DNA of 64,000 nucleotides, taken from Saccostrea cucullata (Eukaryota). The position numbers and the translations under genes are program-made. Of the stretch, positions 53,081-64,000 are shown piece by piece. How positions within the stretch are numbered: position 1 is the first letter of the stretch; each line of letters begins with the position of its first letter. The notes under the pieces are model-generated. The model did not search any database, had not been told where the DNA came from, and worked only from the letters and a program-made list of their open reading frames with translations. The stretch spans positions 1 to 64,000 of the forward strand of contig NW_026936630.1 of the NCBI RefSeq assembly GCF_032062105.1, written 5' to 3'.

Positions 53081-55291
53081 AACAAGTTACTGTCTAAGGG
53101 TCTAAAATACACCCCTACGCCTCAAGTAAATAATCAAGAGCTTAAAACGGATATAAAAGCTTATACTCGGCGACTCAGGCTACGTGAATATTTTCATGAA
53201 AGTGATACCAGTGAATCTGATTCCGAGTCTACAGACGCAGAAGAAACAGACCTTGTTAGAAACAAATCCAAGTTTAACCCAAAACGAGGAAGAAATAAAA
53301 CTTTAGATGCTGTTTGCGACACATTGGAAAATATTCATTTCCCAAATAAACCCAGGACTATTAAACCAAACCTTTCTAAGGAAGAAGAAAAGGCTCTTAA
53401 AAACCTCAGAGATGACCCTACCATCATAATCAAAGAGGCCGATAAAGGAGGCGGAGTCGTCCTTATGAATAAGGATTTTTACAAAAGTAAAATTTTACAA
53501 ATGTTGCAAGACAATAATTTTTATGAAAAATTGCGCAACTGTCATGAGAAGAAAACAATTACAAAAATAAAAAACTTAGTATATGGACCACTATCGGAGG
53601 GCTTAACAGATAAGGAAAAGGACTACCTGACAAACTTTGAATTCCGAGAGAGTCAATTCTATGGTTTACCTAAAGTGCACAAGTCTAAAATTATAAAGGA
53701 TGCCATAAAAGAGCAAAATAGTATATGTATTACATGTGCTGATCCCGCTGATTTAAGCTTCAGACCAATTGTAGGAGGACCGAACTCTTCAACGCAAAGA
53801 CTGAGTCATTTATTGGATATACTTTTAAAACCATATTGTCAAAAAGTACCCAGCTTTGTGAGAGACGATCTTGATTTTATAAATCATTTACCTACTCATG
53901 TCACCTCTAACACCAAACTTGTCACACTGGATGTTGTAAGTTTGTATACAAATATTCCTACAGAATTGGGATTGCTAGCTGTCAAATTCTGGACTGAAAA
54001 TTATCCCGATGTTCTAAACAACAGGTTTCAACGGGACTTCATCCTAGAGGCTCTAAAATTAATTCTAGATAACAATACGTTTGAGTTTGCAGACCATCAT
54101 TACCTCCAAATTAAGGGAACAGCAATGGGGACAAAAGTCGCACCTACCTATGCAACATTAACCCTTGGTTATCTAGAACATAAATTACATGATCAACTGT
54201 GTACGTTGTGGGGGATAGAATCTGCAAACAAAATACGGTCTAAATGGAAAAGATTTTTAGACGATTGTTTTATCTTATGGGAGGAGGATGTCGATAAACT
54301 AACGGAGTTTTATGATTTACTTAACCAAATGAATTCGGATATTAAATTCACGATGGAAACAGATGATTTGCAAATGCCATTCCTCGATGTTCTTGTAACA
54401 AAGGATAATACCAGCTTAAATACGGATATTTACTATAAACCAACCGACATACACCAATATCTGCATTTTGGATCAAGCCATCCCCATCACACTAAAACAG
54501 CTATACCATATAACCTCGCAAGAAGGATATGCACCATTGTGAGTAATACCAATATCAGGGATATTCGACTGGAGGAATTAAAATTATATTTATTAAACCA
54601 AAAATATCCAGAACAACTTGTAGATAATGGTATAAAGAAAGCCAAGGAGTGCGATAGAAGTCAGTTACTTTTAAACATACGACGTGCGAATGACGTTGAA
54701 ATAATTCCATTTGTGCACACGCATAACCCGAGAAATCAAAACGTGAGTTCAATTATTCATGAATTAAACAACCTACTTACAGAGGACGAACAAACGAAAA
54801 ACGTATACAAGAACTCTCGTTTTATCAACAGTAAACGCCAATCCAAAAACCTAAAGAGAATACTTTGTTCTTCCCAATTCAACGACCATACTTATACAGT
54901 CTCTAAGTGTAAGAACCCTAGATGCGGTACATGTGAATACATTACAGAAGGGACCAGCTATAATTTCAATGGGCGTGAATTTAGAGTTAAAGAAAACATG
55001 TCATGCGATACAAAAAATGTCATTTATGTCATCACATGTCCTGGATGCAAGGAATATTATATTGGTGAAACCGGCAACACTCTCCGTGCCCGTGTACGTG
55101 TACATAAGCAACACATTAGTACACCCGAATACAGACAAATTCAATTAAGTTCGCACCTGGAGGCGTGTGGTAAAAAACAATTCAGAATTTTCCCTTTCTA
55201 TAAACTCAGTTGTGCCACCGATATCCAGAGACGGGAAAAAGAAAAACATTTTATTAGTATTTTTCAGCCAAAACTTAATAGTGTTTTATAA
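53081..55291 (+). CDS. PLE reverse transcriptase + Cys-rich linker + GIY-YIG endonuclease; frame open from the inversion junction, no start codon at the junction
   Basis: LLSKGLKYTPTP, ADKGG, FYGLPKVHK, RPIV, LDVVSLYTNIP, GTAMG, RFLDD, CKNPRCGTC, VIYVITCPGCKEYYIGET. Confidence 0.92.
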   Translation, partial: NKLLSKGLKYTPTPQVNNQELKTDIKAYTRRLRLREYFHESDTSESDSESTDAEETDLVRNKSKFNPKRGRNKTLDAVCDTLENIHFPNKPRTIKPNLSKEEEKALKNLRDDPTIIIKEADKGGGVVLMNKDFYKSKILQMLQDNNFYEKLRNCHEKKTITKIKNLVYGPLSEGLTDKEKDYLTNFEFRESQFYGLPKVHKSKIIKDAIKEQNSICITCADPADLSFRPIVGGPNSSTQRLSHLLDILLKPYCQKVPSFVRDDLDFINHLPTHVTSNTKLVTLDVVSLYTNIPTELGLLAVKFWTENYPDVLNNRFQRDFILEALKLILDNNTFEFADHHYLQIKGTAMGTKVAPTYATLTLGYLEHKLHDQLCTLWGIESANKIRSKWKRFLDDCFILWEEDVDKLTEFYDLLNQMNSDIKFTMETDDLQMPFLDVLVTKDNTSLNTDIYYKPTDIHQYLHFGSSHPHHTKTAIPYNLARRICTIVSNTNIRDIRLEELKLYLLNQKYPEQLVDNGIKKAKECDRSQLLLNIRRANDVEIIPFVHTHNPRNQNVSSIIHELNNLLTEDEQTKNVYKNSRFINSKRQSKNLKRILCSSQFNDHTYTVSKCKNPRCGTCEYITEGTSYNFNGREFRVKENMSCDTKNVIYVITCPGCKEYYIGETGNTLRARVRVHKQHISTPEYRQIQLSSHLEACGKKQFRIFPFYKLSCATDIQRREKEKHFISIFQPKLNSVL

Positions 55292-55402
55292 ATTACTTGT
55301 GATTTCCCCGTACTTTTGTCATATTGTATCTATGACGTCATAATAAACATTTAACGTTCCGCTTAACATGACGTCATAATCACTGTTACTATGATACTAT
55401 TA

Positions 55403-55441
55403 TAAGCTTCTGAAGATTGAAAATGAAAGCGCTAAAGCTTA
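55403..55441 (+). ncRNA. Minimal type I hammerhead ribozyme (inverted copy at 52455-52493)
   Basis: TAAGCTT-CTGAAGA-TTGAAAAT-GAAA-GCGC-TA-AAGCTTA: 7-bp stem I, intact core, palindromic stem III AGCGCT. Confidence 0.8.
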
Positions 55442-55472
55442 ACTGAGGATTTTTGTGTTTTCTTTTTACCAT

Positions 55473-55548
<76 letters not shown>

Positions 55549-55549
<1 letters not shown>

Positions 55550-56450
55550 GTAAAAAATAACAGAACGCCGATTAAAACTCTACCGGTTTCAATTGTATCA
55601 TCAGGAGTTTGACAAATTGCTATAGATACAAACATTTCAAAGTATATTGTGACGTCATGTAACGTCAAAAGTGTTGCGCTTTAGTACAGTTCATTGTGAC
55701 GTCATTATGTTACGTTATTACGTTAACAGTTAGACAAATAATGCGGGAAAATTGTAAATTGTCTATTATGACAGGGCGTTTAGCTTTGGTTTAAACAATG
55801 AAATAAAATGTTTTTCCTTGGTTTCACGTTCCTTTTCGGAAGTCTTGTTATAGAACTTGTATATAGGAAACACTGTAAAATTAGGAAAAATGTTTTCAGC
55901 ACATGTTCTAATATGTCCGCTCACGGCAGTACACTGGTATTCAGTTTGACGAATTTGTTGACGATGGACACCCTAAGACACCGCATGACCGTCCATCGTC
56001 AACAAATTCGTCAAACTGAATACCAGTGTACTGCCGTGAGCGGACATATCAGAACATGTGCTGAAAACATTTTTCCTAATTTTACAGTGTTTCCTATATA
56101 CAAGTTCTATAACAAGACTTCCGAAAAGGAACGTGAAACCAAGGAAAAACATTTTATTTCATTGTTTAAACCAAAGCTAAACGCCCTGTCATAATAGACA
56201 ATTTACAATTTTCCCGCATTATTTGTCTAACTGTTAACGTAATAACGTAACATAATGACGTCACAATGAACTGTACTAAAGCGCAACACTTTTGACGTTA
56301 CATGACGTCACAATATACTTTGAAATGTTTGTATCTATAGCAATATGTCAAACTCCTGATGATACAATTGAAACCGGTAGAGTTTTACTCAGCATTCTGT
56401 TATTTTTTACTATTTAAATACTTGTGTGGATTTTTTTATCAGACTTTTGG
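55549..56450. mobile_element. Foldback of the 3' end of a second Penelope-like family (arms about 420 bp, 21-nt spacer at 55970-55990)
   Basis: The right arm encodes a GIY-YIG C-terminus (TLRHRMTVHRQQI...KEKHFISLFKPKLN); the left arm is its reverse complement; (TA)n on both sides. Confidence 0.88.
56350..56385 (+). ncRNA. Minimal type I hammerhead ribozyme (inverted copy at 55575-55610)
   Basis: AAACTC-CTGATGA-TACAATT-GAAA-CCGG-TA-GAGTTT; palindromic stem III ACCGGT. Confidence 0.85.
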
Positions 56451-56533
<83 letters not shown>

Positions 56534-57550
56534 CAATCCAGGCATCCATTTTTTGGTTTGTTTCATCTGTCCTTAAGCAATTGAATTTTTGAAATGGACT
56601 TAAAGTTTACAACGTTTTTCGGAGAACATGTAGAAAATATCCTGATTATAAAAGTTTCACTTTGTTTAATGCATTGCTTTCTTATGATCATACAGATAGT
56701 TGTCAACCGCAGGATCCTTACTATCTGACCGTCCAGCATGAGGGAAATCGAAATACAGAGAGGATTAATGCTGAAGAACCCGGAAGCGAATATCATTCTG
56801 GCAATGGCTTCTCACCCCTTTGATGAATACATAGATCCCTTTGACCACTTCACACTATGTAAAGAGTTCTTATATCAGTTATTCTTACATGTATGCAGTC
56901 CGAGTGATCAGGCATTATATCTGAACTGGAGAGAAATATTGAAATATACCATACATTACGTGATGAATTTGTTTACACTGTATTCTTTTAGTAAGGCAAA
57001 GATGAATTACTGGTAACTGAACACTTTATTTGATTGCACTTTCCTAATTTTGGTTACTGATTTTAACAGGGCAGGAAAACATTTGTCCCCTGAATTTTAT
57101 CTAGTCAGGTGCTGTACCCCAATCGGCTATATGGCCACCGGAGCTTGAATCTGTTAGAAATAATATTGTAATGAGGAGGTAGTTCTCTTCAAAAATTAAA
57201 ACTTTATATTAATTGAAGCCAAGGGAAAGATCAAGTTGGTTTTACTTTAAGAGTACTTGCCTAGTTATCTCCTGAAGTTTACTTCTGAACTGATGAGAGT
57301 TGTACTGCATGGGTAGGATATATAAATATATATTATTATAACAGTAACTTGATCCGAAGGGTCGTATCACGTCGAGTTGACAGGCGCAGATCATCAGATC
57401 AAACACCATGGATTGTGTAAAATTTTGACAATACCGAACATGATGTGACTTCACAAATGAAATAACAAGCCGGGTTGCGAAAGGTCAAGCGGCGCATTCG
57501 GCGTACGCCGGTATGACAAATGAAATCCTACCGATGTTAGTGTAGCGAGT

Positions 57551-57661
57551 ATGCGAGCGGATCTAACATCTAATTTTAAATAGATTGATGCGAGCGGATC
57601 TAACATCTAATTTTAAATAGATTGATGCGAGCGGATCTAACATCTAATTTTAATTAGATTG
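57551..57661. repeat. 37-bp tandem repeat x3
   Basis: ATGCGAGCGGATCTAACATCTAATTTTAAATAGATTG at 57551, 57588, 57625. Confidence 0.9.
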
Positions 57662-57811
57662 AATTCTAACGAAACTAATTTTTTTCGTCATTGCTGTTAA
57701 CAGATGGCGGTTGAGATGGGCGTTTCTGCTGCTGCAGTAATTGCTAGTACCGCCATACCCAGGCTGCTGAGATGGTCTTTATCCTCAATGAGCCGGGCAG
57801 TTCAGACCTTA

Positions 57812-57878
57812 AAGGGAGGATTCAAGTACCTGAAGGGAGCATTCAAGTACCTGAAGGGAGCATTCAAGTACCTGAAAG
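57812..57878. repeat. 21-bp tandem repeat x3
   Basis: AAGGGAGCATTCAAGTACCTG units (KGAFKYL in ORF 57704-57937). Confidence 0.85.
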
Positions 57879-60800
57879 GTATTAGGATAATAGGAGTCCA
57901 AATCTTCATTACTCCAGTTTACGTGAAAAAGAATTAGCGAAACCTAATTTTTTTTTTTGAAAGTTAAACTTAAAAAATGGCAATTCCAACTTTAAAGTTG
58001 GCTTTTTCAATAAATCGAACTTTAGAGTTGGAGTTGCCAACTTCAAAGTTGTATTTACATTTACTTACTTAAAACGTCAACTTCAACATTGGAATTTGCA
58101 ACTTTAAAAAATATTACGTGGTACGAATACCCTTCTGTAGTATACACTTATAATTGACAATGATATTTTTTTAATTGAAGACCATGTTCATTCAGAAAAT
58201 CTATCAAGGACAACCCTCAGCAGAATTCTCCAAAATACGAGTATTTCTTGTGAGTATACCTTGACATTTGTCTTATTCACTGTATACAAAGTGCTAATCG
58301 AAAATCTACTTGATTTGGATCACTAGCTATATTGCTTTGGGTACTCTGATGCATTATGGGTAAAAAAGAAAAATCTGCGGACAAAATATGGGTAAAAGTA
58401 ACTTTAAGAAATTAGGAAACTATTTAAACCTTTATAGAAACAAAGTAAATTTATTTGAGAAATTTTTTAGGTTGAAACATGTTAGAAATTCGATACCGTT
58501 CTCATTTACTAAGTTAAAATGGGATTTTTGCTCATTTTGAATTATTTCAATTGTTCTTAATTTTTTTAAACTATATTCTGTTGTAAAAGTTATTGTATCT
58601 AAGTTTTCACCTCAGTTCACCCACGAAACATCATCTGATTTCTATAAATTACGCTTTTTAGAGAAATTTAGCTATTCTTGTTTTGAGTGAATGCTATACT
58701 ATGTTTGCAACATATTTTTGCGATGGCTATACTTTTTTCGGATCCTTTTTGTGATTTGCATGAAATTAAGTTTTATTATTTTTTGATAAAATTATCGCGA
58801 TTTAAACAGTTTTGAAAAAATATTGGCGTTTATTATCACAAGAGAAACATTTATCAGTCGAAAGAAGTTAAACAGAAATAAATAATCATAGAATTTGATG
58901 AAATGTGCTATCATTGCTGGTGTTTGTGCGATACTTGATTTGCGTTTTGTCGTGATTGATACAGAAATGCTATGTTTGATTTGAGTAGAATACTTCTTGA
59001 AGAATGAAGGCGTATATGGGGGGAGTATAATCCAAAGACACTGTCTCAAGTTTATGTCATTAAATAACTTAATGATAAATACACGTAATATATTTTCACT
59101 TATGCTTTAAAGGTATGTAAACGGAAAAAAGGCTTCACAAACTATTCGAACTTTTTCCAAAGCTCATGATAGCGTAAGACTGAATGCGTTAACCACGATA
59201 TGCTACGGTGTCTTCTTGATGTTTGTGTGTCAGTTTGCTTTAAAGAAACGAATTTGTTGAGACAAATAATGTTTTTCAACCTATCATTTAATTTATCTTG
59301 GGTCGGTTTTTTGGGGCTTACTTCTTTTATCCAACTGTTTTACCTTTGTTTTTATACTAAATTTGATTATGAAATGCTCTGTTTACTTGATCAATACATA
59401 GAGCTCACAGCGGATGTGACCGATCAACAAGGAATGTTTACTCCTCCTAGGCACCTGATCCCACCACTGGTATTCCGGAGGAGGGGGGGGGGCGTATTTA
59501 TGCCCTGCTCACATGTTTGTATTGTTTGTATATTTTTCGACATAAATCAATGCTCATTATCCTCAATTTCTTTTCATTTCAGAAATATTCGATTTTTAGA
59601 TAGAATGGGTTCAGACGCCATTAAAAAAACACAATGCATTTACTTTTCCGTAATTTAAACACTAGACTTCGAATAGAAACCTGATCCGTTCATATTCAAA
59701 AATAAATCTTTATAGCTAGAATCATTAAATATAAACGTACCCATTTTCGACTAAATTACTCTAAAAACAATTTTCAATCAATATGTCTTTCAGAACAATA
59801 TATGAATCAAATATGTTGAAGATGACATTACCGACAACATAATTTTAGAAAAATTAAACTTTTCCGTCATAGAGCGGGTGATTGTCCTCGCCTTGTACAC
59901 TTTTTTTCTCTCTTTTATAAATCTATGATAAAGAGATTATAATGCAACTTTTGTAATATTTCACCTATTTTCACACTATATTAAGACATCAGAACTTTAA
60001 ACTAAGAATCTGAAACAGAATCTATAAAGATAAAAGTTTAATTAAAATTTCTCATTATATCCCCATAGACAGATCCAGAAAAGCGGCTATAGGTCAGGGG
60101 GTCAAGACCTGATAATTTTTTCAAATTCACTAAAATTTAAGAATATTAAAGTAACCATATCAAAATAACTTTGCCCCCCCCCCTTCCCAAGAAACACAAA
60201 CTCTTAACAGTCAGTCTACGATAAAAGAAGTTAATTGATTTTCAGGGATATGTTATGATTTCTATAAAAAAGATCCATGCATTTTTTTGAGAAATGTGTT
60301 AACCGTTTGTTTTTTTTTTATCATATGAACATTTTTTTAATATTCCATGCAATCTTTTCTTAACGCTTATTTGGCTGAATTGAAATTAGTAAATGAACGA
60401 ATCGGCATTAAGATTTGAAGTTGAATGCGTTTTAATCATAATAATCAAATCGAAATTTTGAATGCATATATATACCACTAAATATTTTCAAAACCAGGTG
60501 TATATGTAAAGTCTAAGAGTTGAAATCGATCTTTAAAATTGTTTAAAATTTTACAATAGTACATGTAAATTGGTGAGCGACATAAAAATTCTTAATTTGG
60601 TATGTTTTTGTTGATGAATGACTGTCATAAGTTGATAGGAAAACTGAGAATATATATGGAAGAATGTAGCTTGTCCACCAATTAAGTCAACCCCATCCCC
60701 AACCATAAAATAGGATTTTTGTGTTGGGATATTTAGTGTTAAGGACAGCAATGTAACCCCCTCCCGTTTCCCGAAGAAATTTATGCTTGAGCTATCCTTT

Positions 60801-63462
60801 ATTCCGGAATGAAAAAATGGAACTAAACATATAAATTAACGAAATAAAAACGTCATTACAGTTGCTTCCATTAGAAATTTTAAAAAAATACTGTCAAGAA
60901 AGGTTCAAAATGTTATTAGATAGGGGTATAATTTATTTTATTAAAAGAAAAATAAGTAACGTCAGGTGCCTGTGTGTTTGTACTCTCCTTCGTACCTAAG
61001 TAACTTACCAAGAGGCCACACTACTTTTTCTATAATTTATATAAATACATATGTATCACACTCACCGATTGAGCATAAAACGCTTAAGGTGAGCATATGA
61101 CACATGGACCTCCTACGGACTGGGCCATTGTTGAAATGTAAGAGGAGTCTGGGGAAGAAAATATTGTACAGCACTGTTGTTAACACAAAGTAACGTCAAT
61201 AAATTATTTTACTAATTGCAATCGGCCTAAATGCTATATGTATACTCGAAAAAAGTATAGCTGTCATGACAAGCTTTCTGGATATTTTCTACGCAAACCA
61301 AAAATAGCTCTGGAAAAGTTGGGTAGGTGCATATTTGCTGTAATTGTCAAGTTATAAAGAAGACCTTGTGGTCGAATTTGATAAATTACGTTTGATAAAG
61401 GTTCATATTAAACATTACAATAAATGTTTTATTGAAATAATGTCAACAGTCCATTCCAGTGGATGATTAGTCGAAAAATGACCATTAGATGTGTGAAAAA
61501 CGCGTGCTACAGATGTTTATGGAGGGGTAGATGAAACAAAAATATCATAATCTTTAAATATACCAAGAAGAAGTCTCATATTGTTTGAAGTAGTTTTATT
61601 ATTAGTAAGAAAACGTATATAAAAGCACATTTTTTGTCTTAATGTGCAGACAGAAACTTCGAATGATCCAAACAAATATAGCTAGTGATCCAAATCAAGT
61701 AGATTTTCGATTAGCACTTTGTATACAGTGGGACCGTAACAAGGATTAGACGTGGACGGCTTTGGGAACGTGGTCCAAGATGAACGCTCATAGACATTTT
61801 GAAATTCATTAATTTCATTTTGTATATTTGTACATATTTGTTTTTATATAAAATTGTAAATAGAAAATAGTCTTGTTATCATTGATTAAGCTTAGGGTGT
61901 CGTGACACTGACGCCTGGCCGTACAAGTGGAATTTTAAAATTCGCATTAATTTACTTTACATTTTCTGTCGTGTGAACGCAATTTAATTCGCATTATTTT
62001 GATTCACATTAGTTTACTTCGCATTAATTTACTACGAATTAAATTCTCCGTGTGAACAGGGCATTAAACTGTCATTTCAATGAAAAATTAAGAAAACTAG
62101 TCATGAATATGGGAGCTTCATATTCGACAAAGGAAATGTATCCAGATTGCCTACAGTCTCTCAGAAAACAGTTATTAGTATGTTCTTGGCCTCTTCTTTA
62201 AATCAAAATCAAATTTAATATAGGTATCCGGTTTACTTTTCATATGATTTCAAATTGAATTTCATAAAAATACTCTATTTTTTACATAATTCTGCTAAAG
62301 CCGTAGAGTACGGGAAAAAGAAAGTTGAAATTGATTATGACGTCATAGTGGATCTAGCACCAAAAAATTAGTCTGAAGTTATTTACTACATCTTGACCTT
62401 AAAAATTTTCCATACATATTTCTATGTAAAACTTTGATCCCCCATTGTGGCCCAGTCCTCTGGGGTCATGATTGAGCAAACTTGAAACTAAACTATGTAA
62501 AGAAGATTTCCTATTAGTTTTAATTTGTTTGGCACAGTAGTTCTTGACAAATAGAATTTTAAAAAATCCCACCAAATTTTAACTTTTTCTTAATAAGGGC
62601 GGAGCCCTTCATGTGAACAAACGTGAATCCCTTTCACCAAAAGATTTGGGAAATTTAAACACTATATGTTGGTGATGGTTGAATATTACCACAGAAATAA
62701 GGGACGTTTACAATGGCTCATTTCAATTTTATTGACAGCTAAATACTGTGTTATAAATGCCCATTTTATTTAAATTAACTATAAGTTAGTAAGTAAGTAA
62801 GTAAATTGTTTATTATAGTGACATGTGTTATACGTTATACAGTACAATGTAAAACATTTAATACAATTAATATCCAAAACACCCGGCCCATCGGACCTAT
62901 ATGTCTACTTTAACAAAATGTTTGAAAAATATATACACAAATATTACGCATGGCGTTTTTTGTACAACAGAGATTGTCTGAGCATGTAAGAAAGGTATAA
63001 ATATTTTGAGGTCTGCCTAGGAAAATTTACACTCTCTTGATCTGACATAGAAAAAGTTGGGTTACATTTAAGGAAGGATTCTTCTCTGGTTTCTGACTAG
63101 ATGGGATATTCAAAGTATATTTATTGATATGTCTTATATATTTAGATGTAAGAGATTTAAAAGACCATATTTTTCTTTCCTCATCACAATTATACAACTT
63201 AAAATAGAAATGGTAAACTGCGTTTGAAAACTAGCAGGGACTATATTTTTGGCGGAATGGTGGCGTATGAAAATATCTTCTTTCCTGCCTCTCAAAATTA
63301 TTATAGAACATTGAATTTAGTTATAATTTTTACGCAATCAAAGACTAGACGAAATTTTCAAATGTAAGTTAAATTAATATTAAGGGACTAAAGTTTCAAA
63401 ATATATCAAAAAAATAAGATTTTTCACACATACTAGAACTATGCTGGCTATGTTACCATCAC

Positions 63463-63888
63463 TTAGTGATATTGTCCTCTTGATTCTGTAAAAATTTGAT
63501 TAATTTTTAAATACAAGAAATGTGAGAAGAATCCTACCTTAATACTAGTTAATAAATCTGATATGAAATTGGAATATTCTGTACAATTTAATAGAAAGTG
63601 GTACTCGTCTTCTACTTCATCTTTAGAACAAACATTACATAATCTGTCTTCTAATGATTCTTCATTATATCTTCCAGTTTCAACTCTAATTGGTAAAATT
63701 CCAATTCTAAATTGAGCAAGAATAGATATTTGAAATTTTGGAATATTCATTTCTTGGTAGTTTTCAGTATTAAAATGTGTTTTGAAATCTTTATACATAC
63801 GTAATTTAGGTAGTTGTTTTATCTTTACTAGCCATTCACTCTCATAATTTAAAAGTAATCTTCGTTCAAATTCAACGATATCAAACAT
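63463..63888 (-). mobile_element. Non-LTR retrotransposon ORF2 C-terminal fragment (RTE-X-like Cys/His domain)
   Basis: KLRMYKDFK..LAQFRIGILPIRVETGRY..RLCNVC..VEDEYHFLLNC..Y. Confidence 0.7.
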
Positions 63889-64000
63889 AACCTATGATAA
63901 ACATGTTTAGAAATCACCGATTCAAATAGAAATTTAATTTGCGAAGTCCAGCTATATTTATTACTGTACATTGATTTAGTTCCCACAAGAAAACGTGTTT

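Larger units (their letters stand above)
52378..55482 (+). mobile_element. Penelope-like retroelement (Neptune-type), 5'-truncated, preceded by an inverted copy of its own 3' end and flanked by (TA)n
   Basis: 52414-53079 is the near-identical reverse complement of 54817-55482; RT + GIY-YIG ORF; (TA)n at 52335-52377 and 55479-55548. Confidence 0.92.

Noticed and set aside
55808-56194. 128-aa ORF as a gene
   Set aside because: Read-through across a palindrome centre; only the C-terminal half is real GIY-YIG sequence
61066-61105. Minus-strand first exon MCHMLTLSVLCSI followed by GTGAGT
   Set aside because: Plausible signal-peptide start but too short, and no downstream exon was identified

Overview
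AT-rich, intron-containing animal DNA. The repeat content (Helentron-type arrays, mollusc-type Penelope-like elements, PLEs) suggests a bivalve, probably an oyster; this is inference. Genes: the 3' end of a frameshifted POLE3/CHRAC17; a small Tyr-rich single-pass PPxY membrane protein; degraded ankyrin-repeat fragments; and a tandem pair of paralogous receptor genes. Each receptor has two class-C-GPCR-like (mGluR-type) Venus flytrap domains followed by one transmembrane helix rather than a 7TM bundle. Copy A ends in a short Tyr-motif tail but lacks its 5' exons here. Copy B is complete at the 5' end but is disrupted just before its TM exon. At 51.5-56.5 kb, three different PLE ends sit between (TA)n tracts: one element with a long intact RT + GIY-YIG ORF, one foldback, and one solo end. 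Each carries CRE palindromes and a minimal hammerhead ribozyme, and one ribozyme is split by a MITE. A 75-bp satellite at 3.4-5.2 kb derives from a PLE RT coding segment, and there are many nested MITEs. Exon models were read by eye. Parts of the window look like error-prone long-read consensus, so frameshifts need checking against reads.
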